The translations under genes and the position numbers were made by a program. Below, in pieces: positions 21,440-30,159 of a DNA stretch of 64,000 nucleotides (positions are counted from its first letter, which is position 1; every line of letters starts with the position of its first letter). The notes beneath the pieces were generated by a model, which searched no databases, was not told where the DNA came from, and saw nothing but the letters and a program-made list of their open reading frames with translations. The stretch spans positions 448,001 through 512,000 of the forward strand of contig OZ219872.1 of NCBI GenBank assembly GCA_964291495.2. The letters run 5' to 3'. This stretch comes from Dehalococcoidia bacterium. Its GTDB lineage: Bacteria; Chloroflexota; Dehalococcoidia; UBA2979.

Positions 21440-22416
21440 CGGAGGCGACCTACATCGAGGCGATCCACGCGGCGCTCGCCGAGGAGATGGAGCGGCTGCC
21501 GACGATGGTGATCCTCGGCGAGGACATCCAGGAGGGCGGCGTCTTCCGAGTCACGGACGGCTTCCTCGATCGCTTCGGGCCCGAGCGCGTGCTCGACACG
21601 CCGCTGGCGGAGTCGAGCATTGCCGGGGTGGCGATCGGGATGGCGCAGAACGGCGCCGTGCCGGTCGCCGAGATCCAGTTCGCCGACTTCTCGTTCCCGG
21701 CCTTCAACCAGCTCGTCAGCGAGGCCGCCCGCTGGCGCTACCGCTCGAACGGCGCGTCGGGCTGCCCGATCGTCGTGCGCATGCCCTACGGGGCGGGCAT
21801 CCAGGGCGCGCTCTACCACTCGCAGTCGCCCGAGGCGTTCTACGCGCACGTGCCCGGCCTGAAGGTCGTCGCGCCCTCGACGCCGCACGACGCCAAGGGG
21901 CTGCTCAAGGCGGCGATCCGCGACCCCGACCCGGTGATCTACTTCGAGCACAAGCGCGCCTACCGGCTGGTCCGCGGGGACGTGCCCGACGAGGACTACG
22001 TCGTCCCGATCGGCAAGGCCGCGCTGCGCCGCGAGGGCGGCGACCTGACCGTGATCGCGTGGAGCATGATGCTGCACGAGTCCCTCGAGGCGGCCGCCGA
22101 GCTCGCTGATGAGGGCATCGAGGCGACCGTGCTCGACCTGCGCACGCTCGCCCCGCTCGACCGCGACGCGATCCTCGAGGCGGCGCGCGCGACCGGGAAG
22201 GTGCTGATCGTCCACGAGGACAACATCAGCGGCGGCCTCGGCGGTGAGATCGCCGCGCTCATCGCGGAGCACGCCTTCGACTACCTCGACGCGCCGGTGC
22301 GCCGCCTCGCCACGCCGGACATTCCGGCGATGCCGTTCAGCAAGCCGCTCGAGGACTACTGGCTGCCCTCGAAGGAGCGCATCGCCGCCGCGATGCGCGA
22401 GCTGGCGGCCTACTGA
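21436..22416 (+). CDS. bkdAB: Branched-chain 2-oxoacid dehydrogenase E1 beta
   Basis: GEDI..GGVFRVT, DTPLAES, EIQFADF, RYRSN, GALYHSQS, FEHK. Confidence 0.87.
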   Translation: MTEATYIEAIHAALAEEMERLPTMVILGEDIQEGGVFRVTDGFLDRFGPERVLDTPLAESSIAGVAIGMAQNGAVPVAEIQFADFSFPAFNQLVSEAARWRYRSNGASGCPIVVRMPYGAGIQGALYHSQSPEAFYAHVPGLKVVAPSTPHDAKGLLKAAIRDPDPVIYFEHKRAYRLVRGDVPDEDYVVPIGKAALRREGGDLTVIAWSMMLHESLEAAAELADEGIEATVLDLRTLAPLDRDAILEAARATGKVLIVHEDNISGGLGGEIAALIAEHAFDYLDAPVRRLATPDIPAMPFSKPLEDYWLPSKERIAAAMRELAAY

Positions 22417-22429
22417 TGCGAGGCCGCTG

Positions 22430-23710
22430 ATGCCCAGCCTGACCATGCCGAACATCGGCGAGGGCGTCACCGAGGGCGAGATCGTCCGCTGGCTGAAGCA
22501 GCTCGGCGACCCCGTCGCACGCGACGAGCCCGTCGTCGAGATCGAGACGGACAAGGCGATCGTCGAGATCCCTTCGCCGTACGAGGGCACGCTGACGAGC
22601 ATCCTCGCCGCCGAGGGCGACACAGTCCCGATCGGCGCGGCCATCGCCGAGATCACGGCCGCCGAGGCGGGCGCACCCGAGCCGGCTCCGGCAGCCCCGC
22701 CGCCCGAGCCCGAGCCGGCACCCCTGTCACCCGAGCCCGTGCCGGCGGCAGCAGCTCCGACGGCGAGGCCGCAACCCGCCGCGCCGGGGCGCTACTCGCC
22801 CGCCGTGCGCAGGCTCGCCGCGGAGCACGGCATCGACCTCGCGCTGGTGCAGGGCAGCGGCGCGGGCGGGCGCGTCACGCGCCAGGACGTGCTCCGCTAC
22901 CTCGAGGGCGCGCCCCCGGGCGAGGCCGCCGCGACGCCCTCGCCGGCGCCCCCTGCCGCGCCTACGCCGACAGCGACCCCGCCGCCCGGCGAGGGCGAGC
23001 GCGTCCGGCTGAGCGCGACACGCCGCGCGATCGCGCGGCACATGAGCGAGGCGCACGCGACGATCCCCGTCGCCTGGATGGCCGTCGAGGCCGACGTGAG
23101 CGGCCTCGTCGAGCTGCGCCGCCGCGCCCGCGCCGCCTTCGAGGAGGCGCACGGGCTGCGGCTCACCTTCATGCCGTTCTTCGTGCGCGCCATCGCGGAG
23201 ACGTTGCGAGAGCACCCCGCGCTCAACGCCAGCTACTCCGAGGACGGCGTGCTGCGCCACGACCGCCTCGACATGGGCATCGCCGTCGCCACCGACTCAG
23301 GGCTGCTCGTGCCCGTGCTACGGGCGGCGGACACGAAGTCCCTCGCCGAGCTCGCCGGCGAGTTGCAGGACCTCGGCGAGCGCGCTCGCACCCGCACGCT
23401 CACCCGCGACGAGCTGATCGACGCGACCCTCACGATCGACAACACGGGCGCTTTCGGCTCGCTGATCTCGCAGCCGATCGTCCCCCTCGGCCAGGTCGCG
23501 ATCGTCACCACCGAGGCGATCCGCCGCGAGCTGCGCGTCATCCCCGGCGACGACGGCGGAGACGCCTTCGCGCCCCGCTCCGTCATGAACCTCGCGATCA
23601 GCTTCGACCACCGCGCCCTCGACGGCGCCGAGGCGGGCGCCTTCATGGCCGCTCTCAAGACCCGCCTCGAGGCGATCGGCCCCGACGACCCGCTGGATGC
23701 GGGCGCATGA
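22430..23710 (+). CDS. bkdB: Dihydrolipoamide acyltransferase E2
   Basis: Lipoyl domain IETDKA, subunit-binding domain YSPAVRRLA..GSGAGGRVT, catalytic SFDHRALDG. Confidence 0.88.
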   Translation: MPSLTMPNIGEGVTEGEIVRWLKQLGDPVARDEPVVEIETDKAIVEIPSPYEGTLTSILAAEGDTVPIGAAIAEITAAEAGAPEPAPAAPPPEPEPAPLSPEPVPAAAAPTARPQPAAPGRYSPAVRRLAAEHGIDLALVQGSGAGGRVTRQDVLRYLEGAPPGEAAATPSPAPPAAPTPTATPPPGEGERVRLSATRRAIARHMSEAHATIPVAWMAVEADVSGLVELRRRARAAFEEAHGLRLTFMPFFVRAIAETLREHPALNASYSEDGVLRHDRLDMGIAVATDSGLLVPVLRAADTKSLAELAGELQDLGERARTRTLTRDELIDATLTIDNTGAFGSLISQPIVPLGQVAIVTTEAIRRELRVIPGDDGGDAFAPRSVMNLAISFDHRALDGAEAGAFMAALKTRLEAIGPDDPLDAGA

Positions 23711-25092
23711 CCGACCCGATCGTCGAGCGCCTCGCGGCTTACGTGAGCAGCCTCGAATACGAGGACCTGCCGGGCGAGGTGGTGCACCAGGTCAAGCGGC
23801 TCGTGATCGATTCCGTGGGTTGCGGGCTGGGAGCGAGCGATGCCGCCCCGGTGCGCGCGGCCCGCGACGTGGCCCTCGAGGTGCGCGGCTCCTCACCGGC
23901 CACGCTGCTGGGGACGACCGACACGACCACGCCAGAGCTGGCCGCCTTCGTGAACGGCACGATGGTGCGCTACCTGGACTTCAACGACACCTACAACGGC
24001 AAGGACGCCGCCCACCCCTCCGACAACATCCCGGCGGTCCTCGCCGCCGCCGAGGCGCATCGAGCGTCCGGCCGTGAGCTGGTCGCGGCGGTCGCCCTCG
24101 CCTACGAGGTGCAGGCCGCCTGGGCGGACAGCTTCCAGCTCGCCTCCGGTGGCGTCTGGGACCAGGCCGCCTATGCCGCCGTGTCGGCGCCACTCGGGGC
24201 GGGCAAGGTGCTCGGCCTCACGGCGGCACAGCTCGCGGAAGCCCTCCGCATCTCCGTGGTCAGCAGCATGACGCTCGGCGAGGCCCGGCGCGGGACCATC
24301 TCCCACTGGAAGGCGGCGGCCGTCCCGAATGCGGGCCGCAACGGTGTCTTCGCCGCCCTGCTCGCCCGGCGCGGGATGACCGGCCCGCCGGAGGTGTTCT
24401 CCGGCACTCACGGGTTCTTCGAGGGCGTGACGGGGGCCCGAGTCGAGCTTGCCCCCCTCGCGCGCGAGGATGGCAACGACCGCGTGTTCCGCCTCATGGA
24501 GTCGCGCTTCAAGCGATTCCCTGCGGGGTTCTTCTCCCAGACGGCGATTGAGGCCGCGATCGAGGCCCGTGAGGTGCTCGGCATCGCCGACGCGGACGAG
24601 GTCGAACGCGTCCACCTCCGCACGTTCGAGAGCGGCAAGCGAGTCATGGCCGGCGACCCCACCCGCTGGCGCCCCGAGACGCGAGAGACCGCCGACCACA
24701 GCCTCCCGTACGTCGTTGCCTGCGCCCTCCGCTTCGGCACGCTCGAGCCCGCGCACTTCGAGGACGACGTGTTGCGCGACCCGGTGCTGCTGGACCTGAT
24801 GCAGCGCATCGAGGTCGTGCGGGACCCGGAATGCGACGCCGCCTGGCCGGAGGCGATCCTCAACATCCTGACGGTCCGGACCTCGGACGGCCGCGAGCAC
24901 ACGGCGGCCGTCCCCTACTACACCGGGCACTTCAAGCGACCGATGAGCGACACCGAGATCGAGGACAAGTTCCGCGGGCTCACCGCCGGCCTGCTCGACG
25001 AGCCCCGCCAGCAGGCGGCGCTGGACCGCCTGTGGCGCCTCGAGGAGGAGACCGACCTCGGCCGGGTCATGGCTGCGCTCGCGATCGCGTAG
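23707..25092 (+). CDS. MmgE/PrpD family protein (2-methylcitrate dehydratase-like)
   Basis: NGTMVRYLDFNDTY..HPSDNI, R.G.ISHWK, RETADHSLPY. Confidence 0.9.
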   Translation: MTDPIVERLAAYVSSLEYEDLPGEVVHQVKRLVIDSVGCGLGASDAAPVRAARDVALEVRGSSPATLLGTTDTTTPELAAFVNGTMVRYLDFNDTYNGKDAAHPSDNIPAVLAAAEAHRASGRELVAAVALAYEVQAAWADSFQLASGGVWDQAAYAAVSAPLGAGKVLGLTAAQLAEALRISVVSSMTLGEARRGTISHWKAAAVPNAGRNGVFAALLARRGMTGPPEVFSGTHGFFEGVTGARVELAPLAREDGNDRVFRLMESRFKRFPAGFFSQTAIEAAIEAREVLGIADADEVERVHLRTFESGKRVMAGDPTRWRPETRETADHSLPYVVACALRFGTLEPAHFEDDVLRDPVLLDLMQRIEVVRDPECDAAWPEAILNILTVRTSDGREHTAAVPYYTGHFKRPMSDTEIEDKFRGLTAGLLDEPRQQAALDRLWRLEEETDLGRVMAALAIA

Positions 25093-25159
25093 GGCAACAA
25101 TCGTAATCGCGAGGTGCTACCCTGCCGCCAACGAGCGGCGGAAGGCCTCGGAGGGCGTA

Positions 25160-26290
25160 ATGAGCGAGCAGGCAACGGCAGCACGGTACGGCGACCTCGG
25201 CCTGGCGGCCGGCACACCCGACATCAAGTCCGTGGGGCCGATCGCGTTCGGGCCGGACGGCATCCTCTTCGTCGCGGACAACGCAAGCGCGGCGATCTTC
25301 GCGCTCGGCCTCGGTCCCGCCGGCCCCGCGCCGGACTCCCTCGGGTACGCGATCGACGACCTCGACACGCGCCTCGCGTCACGCCTCGGCTGCTCGCGCG
25401 AGGACGTCTCGATCCGCGATATCGCCGTGTGTCCATTGACGAAAGAGGTGTACCTGTCCGTGATGCGCGGCGCAGGCTCCGACGCCATCCCGGTCATCGC
25501 CCGCGTCGAGGCCGACGGTCAGGTGATCGACGTGCCCCTCGATGGCGTCCCGTTCGCCAGCACGGCGATCGAGGACGCGCCGGACCCCGGCGACGAGCGG
25601 ATCGACACCCTGGTGCTGCCCGACGACAGCGCCGAGGGCGAGGAGTTCAAGACCGGCTCCGGGATTCGCCTTCGCCTCCTCCGCGATGGGCTGCGCACCG
25701 TGACCGTCACCGACCTCGATTACGTGGACGGCACGCTGCTCGTGGCGGGCGCCTCGAACGAGGAGTTCTCCTCGACGCTGCGCCGCATCCCCTTCCCGTT
25801 CAACGGGGCGGCGCAGTCCAACTCGCTCGAGATCTTCCACGTCTCCCACGGCCAGTACGAGACGGCGTCGCCGATCCGCACCTTCGTCCCCTACAACGGA
25901 GGCGGCAGCATCCTCGCGAGCTACACCTGCACCCCGATCGTGCAGTTCTCGCTGAGCGAGCTGGAGCCGGCGACGCACGTCATGGGCTCGACGGTGGCCG
26001 AGCTTGGTTCGATGAACAGCCCGACCGACATGGTCGCGTATCGGCGCGACGGCGAGGAGTACCTGCTCGTCTCGACCGCTCGCCTCCCGCTCGTGCGCAT
26101 CGCCTGCGCCGACATCGACGGCCAGGAGGCGCTGACCGAGCCGGAGGAGCCGGTCGGCGTGCCTCGCGAGGCGCTGAGTCACCCCGGCGTGCTGCGCATG
26201 GCGAACCTCGACGAGGGCAGCGTGGTGATGCTCCAGCAGGAGGGCGCTGACCCCGTCTCGCTTCGCTCCTACGAGTGCGCTTCGCTGTAG
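25160..26290 (+). CDS. Conserved hypothetical protein, probable beta-propeller
   Basis: IKSVGPIAFGPDGILFVAD, VAGASNEEFSSTLR.IPFPF, EIFHVSHGQYETASPIRTF, ASYTCTPIV, AELG..NSP.DM; GGAGG SD. Confidence 0.8.
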   Translation: MSEQATAARYGDLGLAAGTPDIKSVGPIAFGPDGILFVADNASAAIFALGLGPAGPAPDSLGYAIDDLDTRLASRLGCSREDVSIRDIAVCPLTKEVYLSVMRGAGSDAIPVIARVEADGQVIDVPLDGVPFASTAIEDAPDPGDERIDTLVLPDDSAEGEEFKTGSGIRLRLLRDGLRTVTVTDLDYVDGTLLVAGASNEEFSSTLRRIPFPFNGAAQSNSLEIFHVSHGQYETASPIRTFVPYNGGGSILASYTCTPIVQFSLSELEPATHVMGSTVAELGSMNSPTDMVAYRRDGEEYLLVSTARLPLVRIACADIDGQEALTEPEEPVGVPREALSHPGVLRMANLDEGSVVMLQQEGADPVSLRSYECASL

Positions 26291-26321
26291 CCGGCGCGCC
26301 CGACGGCAGAGCACAACGGCG

Positions 26322-27413
26322 ATGACCGCTCGGCGACGGCTCGATATCGAGCTGTGGTCCGCCGAGGGGTCGCACCGTGTGCGGCTGCTCGGACTCCCTC
26401 CGGAGACGCTGCGACACCTCGAATCTCTGGGCGAGCGTGAGCTGGCGCGCGTGCTTCCGGTCTACCCGCGCGAGCGCCTCGACGGCGCGGCGCCGGACTT
26501 CGCGCCGATGGCCGGCCGCTACGAGGTCGGCCCGGATGCGGTGACGTTCGTTCCGCGCTACCCGCTGGTGCCGGGCCTCTGCTACGCGATGGTCGTGCAC
26601 GCGGCCGAGGGCGAGCCGGAGCGCCTGCCGTTCTGTCTGCCCGCTGCCCCCTCCAAGCCGACCACGCGCGTGCTCGCGACGTACCCCAGCGGCGACCGGC
26701 TCGTGCGCAACCAGCTCAAGCTCTACGTCGAGTTCTCGGCGAGCATGAGCGAGGGGCAGGTTGCTCGACACGTGCGCCTCGAGCGCGCCGACAGCGGCGA
26801 ACCGATCGAGGACCCCTTCGTGCCGGAGCCGGAGCTGTGGGACCGCGACCGCCGCCGCCTCACGCTGCTGTTCGACCCCGGCCGGCTCAAGCGCGGCCTG
26901 CGCCCGCAGCTCGAGGCGGGCTACCCGCTGCGGGAGGGCGTCGCCGTCCGGCTGGTTGTCGACGAGGGCTTCGGGGACGCCGAGGGCAACCCGCTGCGGG
27001 AGCCGTTCGAGCGACGCTACGAGGTCGGTGGCGACCTGCGCACGCGCGTCGACCCCCGCGAGTGGGAGTGCCGCCTGCCCGACGCCGGGACAGCCGAGCC
27101 GCTGCGCGTGCGCTTCGACCGGCCGCTCGACCACGCGCTGCTGCAGCGCGCCCTCGAGGTCATCGACAACGCCAGTCGCCCCGTGCGCGGGCGTCCCGAG
27201 GTCGGGCCCGCCGAGCGCTCGTGGACCTTCACACCGGCCGCGCCGTGGCTCGAGGGCGACTACCGGCTCGCCGTCGATCCGCGCCTCGAGGATCTCGCCG
27301 GCAACTCCGTCGCCCGCGTCTTCGATCGCGACCTGGAGCGTGACGAGGCGCCCTCATCTGCCGCGCGCGGGGTCATCTCGTTCACGCTCCACGCTCGGCC
27401 CGGCCGCGACTGA
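26322..27413 (+). CDS. Conserved hypothetical protein with tandem Ig-like (Big_5-like) modules
   Basis: Three repeats of a strand pattern (F.PRYPL..G..Y; FS.SM..LT..G..L; FDRPLD..FTP..PW..GDYRL.V...LEDLAGN), plus NQLKLYVEFS and ELWD..LLFDPGRLKRGL. Confidence 0.8.
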   Translation: MTARRRLDIELWSAEGSHRVRLLGLPPETLRHLESLGERELARVLPVYPRERLDGAAPDFAPMAGRYEVGPDAVTFVPRYPLVPGLCYAMVVHAAEGEPERLPFCLPAAPSKPTTRVLATYPSGDRLVRNQLKLYVEFSASMSEGQVARHVRLERADSGEPIEDPFVPEPELWDRDRRRLTLLFDPGRLKRGLRPQLEAGYPLREGVAVRLVVDEGFGDAEGNPLREPFERRYEVGGDLRTRVDPREWECRLPDAGTAEPLRVRFDRPLDHALLQRALEVIDNASRPVRGRPEVGPAERSWTFTPAAPWLEGDYRLAVDPRLEDLAGNSVARVFDRDLERDEAPSSAARGVISFTLHARPGRD

Positions 27414-27485
27414 ACGCCGGCGCTTGCCCCTCGCCGTTCGCGGTCCCACACTCCGCCGCTCACCCTCGGACGTGATCGCGGGGCG

Positions 27486-28304
27486 TTGAGCCCGGGGCGG
27501 CCGGGACCGCTGGAGACGAACGTGCGCTACGCGTGGGCGATGGCAGGAGCCTGGTCGCAGCAGTGGTCCGAGATGGCCACCACGTTCAAGGATCCGCTCT
27601 TCTACATCCGGGACATCCCGCAGATCGCCGTCCTCGCCTGGATCGTCACGCAAAGCGACGACCCGGTCGTCGCGACCTACGTGGTGGTCGGGGTGGTGCT
27701 GCTGACGACCTCCAACCGCTCGCTCTTCCAGATGGGCTGGTCGCTCTCACACGAGCTGTTCGGGGGCACGCTCCAGCACGTCGTGCTGTCGCGCACGCCG
27801 ATGGCGCTCGTGCTCTTCGGGAAGGCTGCGGCGGCAGCCAGCTCCGCCTTCTTCTCGGGGCTGATCGCGCTGCTGGTCGCCTGGTGGATGGCCCGCGACC
27901 TGATTGAGGTCGCCGACCCCGCCCTGCTCATCCTCTCGGTCTGCGTCGCGATCGTCGCGATCATCGCGACGGGGTTCGTCTGGGCGCCGCTCTTCGTGCT
28001 CGTCGGCACCCGGCCCGGCTTCTTCAACGCGATCATCCCCTTCGCCGTGGTCTTCGGCGGCTTCATCGTCCCGATCGACTTCCTCTCGCCCACCGGCGAG
28101 GCCGTCGCGCGCGTCCTGCCGACCGCCTGGACGTCCGAGGCCGTCTACTCCTCCATCCGCGACGGATCGCCCGAGGCGGGGCGTATCCTCGCCAACCTCG
28201 GCGTGGGCCTGGCGATCGCGTCGCTGTACCTCGCCGCCACCTGGACGCTGTTCCGCATCGTCGAGCGCCGGATTCGCATCTCGGCCACCCTGGATCTCGG
28301 CTAG
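27486..28304 (+). CDS. ABC-2 type exporter permease (start uncertain)
   Basis: Six hydrophobic segments, E...GTL..VVLS.TP, GFIVPI..L, LPTAW. Confidence 0.85.
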   Translation: MSPGRPGPLETNVRYAWAMAGAWSQQWSEMATTFKDPLFYIRDIPQIAVLAWIVTQSDDPVVATYVVVGVVLLTTSNRSLFQMGWSLSHELFGGTLQHVVLSRTPMALVLFGKAAAAASSAFFSGLIALLVAWWMARDLIEVADPALLILSVCVAIVAIIATGFVWAPLFVLVGTRPGFFNAIIPFAVVFGGFIVPIDFLSPTGEAVARVLPTAWTSEAVYSSIRDGSPEAGRILANLGVGLAIASLYLAATWTLFRIVERRIRISATLDLG

Positions 28305-29090
28305 ATGAGCGCCATCAACAACTTCGTCACCCAGTCGTATCTCTCCTACAAGGCCCTGTTCTTCTGGCTGAACTGGCCCGCGTACACCTCGAACGTCTTC
28401 ATCCGGCCGGTGCTGCTGATGGCGATGTTCTCGCTGGCGGGACGCTTCGCCGGAGACGAGGGGGCCGCGCAGCGCTACGCGGTCGGGATGATCGCGCTCT
28501 CCGAGATGCAGATCGCGCAGGGTGGCATCACGCAGAGCTTCCACCGCGAGCGCACGTCGGGGACACTCTGGGTGCTGTTCAGCTCCGCCGGCAGCCGCAT
28601 CGTCGCCTACCTCAGTCGCGGCGTGCTGCACTACGGCAACGCGCTGCTCAGCGCCGTGACGACCCTGGTCTTCGCCTGGCTGCTGTTCGGCGTCACGCTC
28701 CCCGAGGCGGACTGGGCGGTCGCGACCGCGGCGATCCTCCTGATCGCGCTCTCGAGCGTCGCCTTCTCCCTGATGCTCGGGAGCTTCGTGATCGTGCTGC
28801 GCGACTGGTTCAGCGCGCCCGCGCTCTCGCAGGGGCTGATCATCGCGCTGACCGGCGCCTTTATCCCCAGGGACGCGCTGCCCGCGCCGCTCGGAGACCT
28901 CGGCCTCCTCCTGCCTCTGACCTGGGCGCTGCCCGCGCTGCGCGATGCGCTCGGCCAGACCGAGGCAGATGTCGCGACCGCGCTGCTCGGTGAACTCGTG
29001 GTCGGGATCGCCTACCTGGTCCTGGCCCTGGCGTTGCTTCGCCTCGTCGAGTGGCGCGCGCGGACCACCGGTACGTACGACGAGGTGTGA
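28305..29090 (+). CDS. ABC-2 type exporter permease
   Basis: ERTSGTL, TGAFIP..LP..LPLTW; paralogous to the preceding gene. Confidence 0.87.
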   Translation: MSAINNFVTQSYLSYKALFFWLNWPAYTSNVFIRPVLLMAMFSLAGRFAGDEGAAQRYAVGMIALSEMQIAQGGITQSFHRERTSGTLWVLFSSAGSRIVAYLSRGVLHYGNALLSAVTTLVFAWLLFGVTLPEADWAVATAAILLIALSSVAFSLMLGSFVIVLRDWFSAPALSQGLIIALTGAFIPRDALPAPLGDLGLLLPLTWALPALRDALGQTEADVATALLGELVVGIAYLVLALALLRLVEWRARTTGTYDEV

Positions 29091-29100
29091 GGAGGGGCGG

Positions 29101-30078
29101 ATGAACCACCAACCGCAGTACGCCGTCGAGTGCGAGGCGCTCGGCCGCATCTACCGCTTCTCGAGGGGCATCGGGCGGGGCAGCACGCAGGAGACTGTCG
29201 CACTCGACGACCTGAACCTCACCATCACGCCCGGCTCCGTCTTCGGGCTGCTCGGCCCGAACGGCGCGGGCAAGACGACGACCGTGCGCATCCTCGCGAC
29301 GCTGCTCACGCCCACGAGCGGGACCGCGCGCGTGCTCGGCTACGACGTCGTCGAGGAGCCGAAGCGCGTGCGCGAGCGTATCGGCCTGATCCTCGGCGGC
29401 GACCGGGGGCTCTACACGCGCCTCAACGGGCGTCAGAACCTCAGCTACCACGCGGCGCTCAACCACATGGACCGCAGGCGTGCCCGCGAGCGCCGCGAGG
29501 AACTGCTCGCCCTCGTCGGCCTCAGCAACGCCGCCGACACCGCCGTCGAGCGCTACTCGCGAGGCATGAAGCAGCGCCTGCACATCGCGCGCGGCCTGCT
29601 GACCGAGCCCGAGGTCGTCTTCATGGACGAGCCGACGATCGGCCTCGATCCGATCGGGGCGCAGGAGGTACGGGCAATGATCCCGGAGCTCGCCGCCGCC
29701 GGGCACACGATCCTGCTGACGACGCACTACATGTTCGAGGCCGACCAGCTCTGCGACGAGGTGGCGATCATCAACGAGGGCAAGCTCGTCGCGCGCGACA
29801 CCCCTGCCGCCATCCGCCGTCGCTTCGCCACCTTCCGCGTCGTCGAGCTCGCAGTCCGCGAGCCGGACCTCGGCCTCGCCGAACGCCTGCAGGCGCTCGC
29901 GGGCGTTGAGCACGTCGCGACCGGCTCCGACGGCGCGCTCCAGACCTTCTCAATCCGCGTCCCACCCGACGCCGACCTGCGCAGCGCCGTCGAGGAGACC
30001 GCGGGCCCGGGCAACGTAGAGAGCCTGTTCCAGCGCGACCCCACTCTCGAGGAGGCCTACCTCGCGCTGCTGAGCTAG
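29101..30078 (+). CDS. ABC exporter ATP-binding protein (DrrA-like)
   Basis: GPNGAGKTT, YSRGMKQR, MDEPTIGLDP, LTTHYM, C-terminal PTLEEAYL. Confidence 0.93.
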   Translation: MNHQPQYAVECEALGRIYRFSRGIGRGSTQETVALDDLNLTITPGSVFGLLGPNGAGKTTTVRILATLLTPTSGTARVLGYDVVEEPKRVRERIGLILGGDRGLYTRLNGRQNLSYHAALNHMDRRRARERREELLALVGLSNAADTAVERYSRGMKQRLHIARGLLTEPEVVFMDEPTIGLDPIGAQEVRAMIPELAAAGHTILLTTHYMFEADQLCDEVAIINEGKLVARDTPAAIRRRFATFRVVELAVREPDLGLAERLQALAGVEHVATGSDGALQTFSIRVPPDADLRSAVEETAGPGNVESLFQRDPTLEEAYLALLS

Positions 30079-30159
30079 CCGCGCCGGCGCTGACGTCCCC
30101 AGACGCTCCCACTATCCTTGGCGCGCGACGCGTCAGACACGCTGAGAGCTCGGACCGCG

